From an uncultured Hyphomonas sp. (GTDB lineage Bacteria; Pseudomonadota; Alphaproteobacteria; Caulobacterales; Hyphomonadaceae), in the NCBI GenBank assembly GCA_964409375.1, contig CAYPDA010000004.1, positions 4,926 through 68,925 of the forward strand: a DNA stretch of 64,000 bases. The letters run 5' to 3'. Below the pieces are notes generated by a model. The model worked only from the letters and a program-made list of their open reading frames with translations. It searched no databases and was not told the origin of the DNA. A program made the translations under genes and the position numbers. Below are positions 59,798 through 64,000 of the stretch, piece by piece (positions within the stretch are counted from its first letter, which is position 1; every line of letters starts with the position of its first letter).

Positions 59798-60766
59798 CTA
59801 GCGGTAAACGTCACCGAGACAGTCGGCGATTTCCGAGAGCGCATGCTGGCTGATGCAGTGGGGGACTTCAAATTCGACCCCGACACCCGCCACGCAGCCC
59901 TGCAGCTGGAGGTTCTGCATCTGCATGCAGCGCTGAATGCTTGGTTCGAGCATGACGCGGCTGAGGCGGGCATCGTCCACGCCCTCGGCGCCGATGATGC
60001 GCAGAGCGGCCAGGGACGCGATCTGGTTGGCCACTGGCTCCTTGCCGCCTCTGACCCGCTGGCGGTTGCTGGGCGTAAGGCCGGCCGTCATGAAGGCTGG
60101 CAGGCGTACGGCAGTCGTGACGTCGCTGACGGCTGCCACCGCATTCGTGACCGCCGGATCGGCCAGCGGTGTCTCGCCATGCGGGGCGATCAGGGCCGAG
60201 AGGATCATGTCGCTCGCGCTGTTGCCCCGGCCCTGCAGGAATTTGAGATCATTGGCGCGGCGGTTGCTGTCCCGGATGCGCGACTTCGCCCAGCCATGGC
60301 TCTGCAGCGTGTAGCCCTGCTCCTTGACCACGGCCGCCGCCGAGTAGAGACGCGGCAGATCGCGGTCCGTGGCGCCGATGGCCGAGCCGACAGCATTGTC
60401 GCCGCCCTCGAGCGACCGGGCATACCCGCCGCCGCTGGCAAAGCTGCTGATGACCCGGTCACGCCCGTAATAGGCCTCGATATCGCGAACCTTCGCGCGG
60501 AACTCCGGATCCTGCGAGGCAACAAGCGCGGAATAAGAGACCCATCCGCGCGTGAGCTGGTCAGCATTGTATCCGCCGAGCTTGGCGAGCGCAGCATCGA
60601 TGTCGCTCGTCGACCGGAATGGGGTGGCGCTGACTTCATCCGCATCGGACTGATAGGTCATGTAGATGGCCGCTTTCTGCGACACTGGGTCGGAAGTCTG
60701 AGATGTGGCCGTACCCGCCAGACCCAGGACGGCAATCGCCGCCGCATATACCTGTAATCCACGCAT
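59798..60766 (-). CDS. Hypothetical exported protein with Cys-rich C-terminus
   Basis: Signal-like N-terminus; C..M..LQLQGC...HCISQHAL.EIADCL; RBS GGGAG; terminator. Confidence 0.75.
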   Translation of the reverse strand: MRGLQVYAAAIAVLGLAGTATSQTSDPVSQKAAIYMTYQSDADEVSATPFRSTSDIDAALAKLGGYNADQLTRGWVSYSALVASQDPEFRAKVRDIEAYYGRDRVISSFASGGGYARSLEGGDNAVGSAIGATDRDLPRLYSAAAVVKEQGYTLQSHGWAKSRIRDSNRRANDLKFLQGRGNSASDMILSALIAPHGETPLADPAVTNAVAAVSDVTTAVRLPAFMTAGLTPSNRQRVRGGKEPVANQIASLAALRIIGAEGVDDARLSRVMLEPSIQRCMQMQNLQLQGCVAGVGVEFEVPHCISQHALSEIADCLGDVYR

Positions 60767-60924
60767 AGTGTTCTCCCTCTCGCACTGCGCGATACTGTTG
60801 CCCCAACTTCCCCCGAGGGGGAACCTCACCTTGCCTCTTTGTTTCATTACAAATACAGCAGAGGATCACTTGGGATGAAAATACCTAAAACTTGTGTCTG
60901 GGGTGTTAACGCTTGGACCCCCGC

Positions 60925-62502
60925 ATGCTTCAAAAGCGATTACAGTTCGTTCACTTAAGCTGGCTGTCGCTGTGCGCCGCCGTTGGCCTGTCCGGCCTGC
61001 TGGCCGGAGTGCCCGCGGGTATGGCTGCGATGGTGGCAGCGGCCGCGGCCATACCGGGCCTGACCGGCCTGGTTGCCCCGCCCCACCGGCATTTCGGGCG
61101 CGGCCTAATCATCACTTCGTGGAGCGTGACCGCCCTCTCGGGGTTGATCCTGAGCGGCGGCGGCACCTCGCCATTGACAGTCATGCTGATCGCCGCGCCC
61201 CTGATTGCCTTGCTCCTGGGGGCTCGCCGGACGGCAGCCGAAGCCGGTGTTTTCGCCGCCGCGGCGCTGTTTCTTGTTCTGGTTGCAGGCGAGGCGGGCT
61301 GGCTGCCGCCGGCCTTACCGGAACTTGCGCCGCTTGCCGCCTCCTTCGCCTTCGCCGGCCTCGTCCTGGCCGCCCTGATGATCTGGCTTCTGGTGCAGCC
61401 GGCCGGCGCGGCGGTGCAGGCAGCGCCGGTTCCGGAGGACAAGCCGCCGCGGCACGCGGGCACAGCCGAAGGCCTGCTCCTGCCGGCCAGCGGGGCGGCG
61501 CTCCTCGATGTGACCCCGGAAGGACGCCTGCGCAAAGTCTCCGGCGACCGGTTCGGCCTCTCGACCCTGCGGCCTGGCACAGCGCTCAGCGCGCTGTTCG
61601 AGCCCGGAAGCCTCGCGGCGGAACCCGGCCGTCCCGGCGCGCGGCTGACCTGCGAGGCGAGGCTGATTTCTGGCCAGGCAGTGCTGGTTGCGGCCGAAAC
61701 CTGGGCTGAAGGCATGTCGATGCTGATCTTTGCGCCGCTGAAGGATCATCAGGGCGCATCCGAAGAGGCCAGGGCGGCGTTCGAGGCTGAGCTGAAGGCC
61801 CGGACGGCTTTCTTTGCCTCGCTGGGTCATGATCTGAAGACGCCGCTGAACGCCATTCTTGGTTATTCGGAGATCATGCAGGCCGAACTGATGGGACCAA
61901 TGCCCCCACCTTATGCGGACTATCCGGCCATCATCCATGACAGCGGCAACGACCTCCTGCTGATCGTTGACGATATGCTCGACCTGGCCCGCGCCGATGC
62001 CGGACGGACGCGGCTGGAACCCGAACCGGTGGACCTGACGGCGTCGGCCGAATCCGTCATGCGCCAGATGGCCGGCCAGGCGGCGCGCGCCGGCGTCACC
62101 CTCAAGCTCAAGTCCGACGGCGAAGTCTGGGCCGAGGCAGACCCGCGCGCGGTACGCCAGATCTGGCAGAACCTTGTCTCCAATGCGGTCAAATATTCCG
62201 GCAGCGGCAAGACCGTCACGCTGGAAACCCGGCTGGACAGGGGCGTCACCCTGATGCGTGTGACAGACCGGGGCGCCGGGATAGCCGCGGAAGACCTCAG
62301 CAAGCTGACAGAGCCTTTCGCCCAGGCGAGCGGCGCGAAACCCGGCGCGGGCCTCGGCCTGTCGGTCGTGCGCCGGTTTGCCGAACTGCATGGCGGCGGG
62401 CTGAAACTGACCTCTAAGACCGGCAAGGGCACGAAAGCCGAAGTCACCCTGCCATGCGCCCGTGAGGCGGACCTCCTCCCGATGGACGAAGCGGCGGAGT
62501 AA
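60925..62502 (+). CDS. divJ: Membrane histidine kinase, DivJ-like
   Basis: Multiple N-terminal TMs; HDLKTPLNAILGYSE H-box; NLVSNAVKY, DRGAGI, GAGLGL. The name rests on the sufE/DUF1491 neighbourhood recalled from other Alphaproteobacteria. Confidence 0.65.
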   Translation: MLQKRLQFVHLSWLSLCAAVGLSGLLAGVPAGMAAMVAAAAAIPGLTGLVAPPHRHFGRGLIITSWSVTALSGLILSGGGTSPLTVMLIAAPLIALLLGARRTAAEAGVFAAAALFLVLVAGEAGWLPPALPELAPLAASFAFAGLVLAALMIWLLVQPAGAAVQAAPVPEDKPPRHAGTAEGLLLPASGAALLDVTPEGRLRKVSGDRFGLSTLRPGTALSALFEPGSLAAEPGRPGARLTCEARLISGQAVLVAAETWAEGMSMLIFAPLKDHQGASEEARAAFEAELKARTAFFASLGHDLKTPLNAILGYSEIMQAELMGPMPPPYADYPAIIHDSGNDLLLIVDDMLDLARADAGRTRLEPEPVDLTASAESVMRQMAGQAARAGVTLKLKSDGEVWAEADPRAVRQIWQNLVSNAVKYSGSGKTVTLETRLDRGVTLMRVTDRGAGIAAEDLSKLTEPFAQASGAKPGAGLGLSVVRRFAELHGGGLKLTSKTGKGTKAEVTLPCAREADLLPMDEAAE

Positions 62503-62603
62503 AGGCGCGCGGGCCCGGTAGTCCGCATAATGGACCTGCTGGTCAGGCGCCGGCAATCATGCAATTCTCGCTTTACTAACAAGGATTGAAGGGGACCCGG
62601 TCC

Positions 62604-62924
62604 ATGAAACCTATGCTTATCGCAGGCGCTCTGGCGCTCGGCCTGGCTGCCTGTGGCGGCGGCGGCGGCGCGAAGGCCAAACTGGCCGCGTCGTGCAACG
62701 CAAATGGCATGCTGGGCGACGAGATCTGTACCTGCATCGCTGACAAGCTGCAGGCGAGTCTCGACGGGCGGACGTTCAGCGTCGTTGCCAATGCCTGGGG
62801 CGAGGGCCCGGCCGGTATGAACAGCGCATTGGGCGGTCTGTCCCAGGCCAAACAAAACGAAGCGCTTGGCGCCATGACATCCAGCACGGCAGAATGCGTC
62901 ACTGCGGGTATGGGTGACTGGTAG
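62604..62924 (+). CDS. Small lipoprotein with CxC motif
   Basis: Lipobox LAAC; ICTCIADKL. Confidence 0.75.
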   Translation: MKPMLIAGALALGLAACGGGGGAKAKLAASCNANGMLGDEICTCIADKLQASLDGRTFSVVANAWGEGPAGMNSALGGLSQAKQNEALGAMTSSTAECVTAGMGDW

Positions 62925-62966
62925 AAGCAGGCGCCGCCTGCCCTTTGCGCTTATGATGGCCTCAAC

Positions 62967-63317
62967 ATGATGGAACGCCTACCAGCCAGACTTTGGGCGG
63001 ATGCGCTGATCCGGCGGGCAAGTCTCGCCGGGGCCAGCGCCTTCGTAATCCAGCACGGAGATGACGACCGCGGCGATGTGCTGATCAAGGTCGCGCGCCT
63101 CGACGGCACGGCGGCGGCCTATGCGCCCTCGATGAACCTGGAGGGGGAACGGATCTTCCTGAACCTTGCGGTGCAAGGCGTCGGCCCGGACGAAAAGGCC
63201 GTGGACGAATATGTCCGCCGCGCCAAGGCCCGCGACAGCGACGTCTGGATCATCGAGATCGAGGACCGCGAAGGCCGGCATTTCCTGACCGAGCCGGTGG
63301 AGGAAGGCGCCCCCTGA
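62967..63317 (+). CDS. DUF1491 family protein
   Basis: LWADALIRR, GDDDRGDVLIKV, DSDVWIIEIEDREGRHFL. Confidence 0.85.
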   Translation: MMERLPARLWADALIRRASLAGASAFVIQHGDDDRGDVLIKVARLDGTAAAYAPSMNLEGERIFLNLAVQGVGPDEKAVDEYVRRAKARDSDVWIIEIEDREGRHFLTEPVEEGAP

Positions 63318-63399
63318 ACGGGTGGGCGACACCCGGCCCCGCAAACGTCTAGGCAGGGATGAAAGACGACACACAAGGTCCCCCTATGGAGCCACGACA

Positions 63400-63735
63400 A
63401 TGATCCGCTTTACCCTGCTCGCCTTCGCCCTGTCCGCCGCCGCTCCGATGGCTGTTTCCGAAGAATTGGCCTGCGGGCCAGAGCTCGATCAGGCCACCAC
63501 CACCGCGCGGGAAGCGGAAACCCGGCTCTCCCGGGAAGCCAGGGACGCTTACGAAATGATCGGCTGGATCACAATGGATTATGACGAAGGCCTGATCGAT
63601 GCAGACGAGGCGCTGAAGCTGATCGCTGAGGCGGAGGAGAAGCAGGAAGCGGCAATGGTCAAGCACGACGAGGCCGCTGCCCGGCTCGCCGCTCTCAGGG
63701 AGCAGCTGATCGCCTGCAAGGCGGCCGAGACGTGA
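63400..63735 (+). CDS. Hypothetical exported helical protein
   Basis: Signal MIRFTLLAFALSAAAPMAVS; terminal Cys pair; RBS GGAG. Confidence 0.7.
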   Translation: MIRFTLLAFALSAAAPMAVSEELACGPELDQATTTAREAETRLSREARDAYEMIGWITMDYDEGLIDADEALKLIAEAEEKQEAAMVKHDEAAARLAALREQLIACKAAET

Positions 63736-64000
63736 AGGCTTCTGGCGCTCATGCCGCTGATCGCAGCTGCAACCTTTGCCAACGTGCATGCAGACACCTG
63801 TGTGCAGGCTGAAGCGGCTGCCGGTGCGCGGGCCGCCGGGGGGCAAGCCGTCCTGGCGCAGATGCGGGACGTGCAGAGCCGGCACACGGCGGCTCAATGG
63901 CGCAGGCTGCGCGCGGCGCCTATGGATGGGACCCTGAGACCGAAGATCATATCAAGGCGATGCTGGCCTCGCTCCGCACGATCGAACAGCGCAGGAATAC
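63732..64000 (+). pseudogene. Possible exported protein running off the window, with apparent frameshift(s)
   Basis: Signal-like RLLALMPLIAAATFANVHA is out of frame with GTG 63732; the host-like frame switches near 63895 (MAQAARGAYGWDPE...). Confidence 0.35.

Noticed and set aside
60808-60823. TTCCCCC-GA-GGGGGAA inverted repeat
   Set aside because: Short and low-complexity; no function can be supported.

Overview
GC-rich alphaproteobacterial chromosome segment. Gene content (dapA-smpB-slt, alr-mlaEF...radA-cvpA-purF, mucR, sufE, divJ-like kinase, DUF1491, TIGR02301) points to Caulobacterales/Hyphomonadaceae; this is inference. Most of it is housekeeping: ppdK, nadA-x-nadB-nadC, class II DAHP synthase, HU and an Mrp antiporter operon. 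I saw no rRNA, tRNA, CRISPR array, transposase, integrase or reverse transcriptase. The most striking locus is 11236-13300. It encodes a TIR - transmembrane - peptidoglycan-binding - FGE/C-type-lectin receptor split by one extra G in a G6 tract. Its last ~120 nt carry the codon signature of a diversity-generating retroelement (DGR) variable repeat and are followed by a pyrimidine tract and GAA-loop hairpins, so it looks like a remote DGR target acting as a hypervariable Toll-like receptor. Other oddities: a TIR-ParA fusion; a convergent pseudokinase/degenerate ECF sigma pair; a P450 behind an MKSVRKR leader peptide with an RBS-sequestering stem; NadQ-like boxes; a general-stress sigma promoter; tandem ultra-acidic exported proteins; and two REP families side by side. 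All family calls come from motif recognition by eye, not database searches, and start codons are best guesses.
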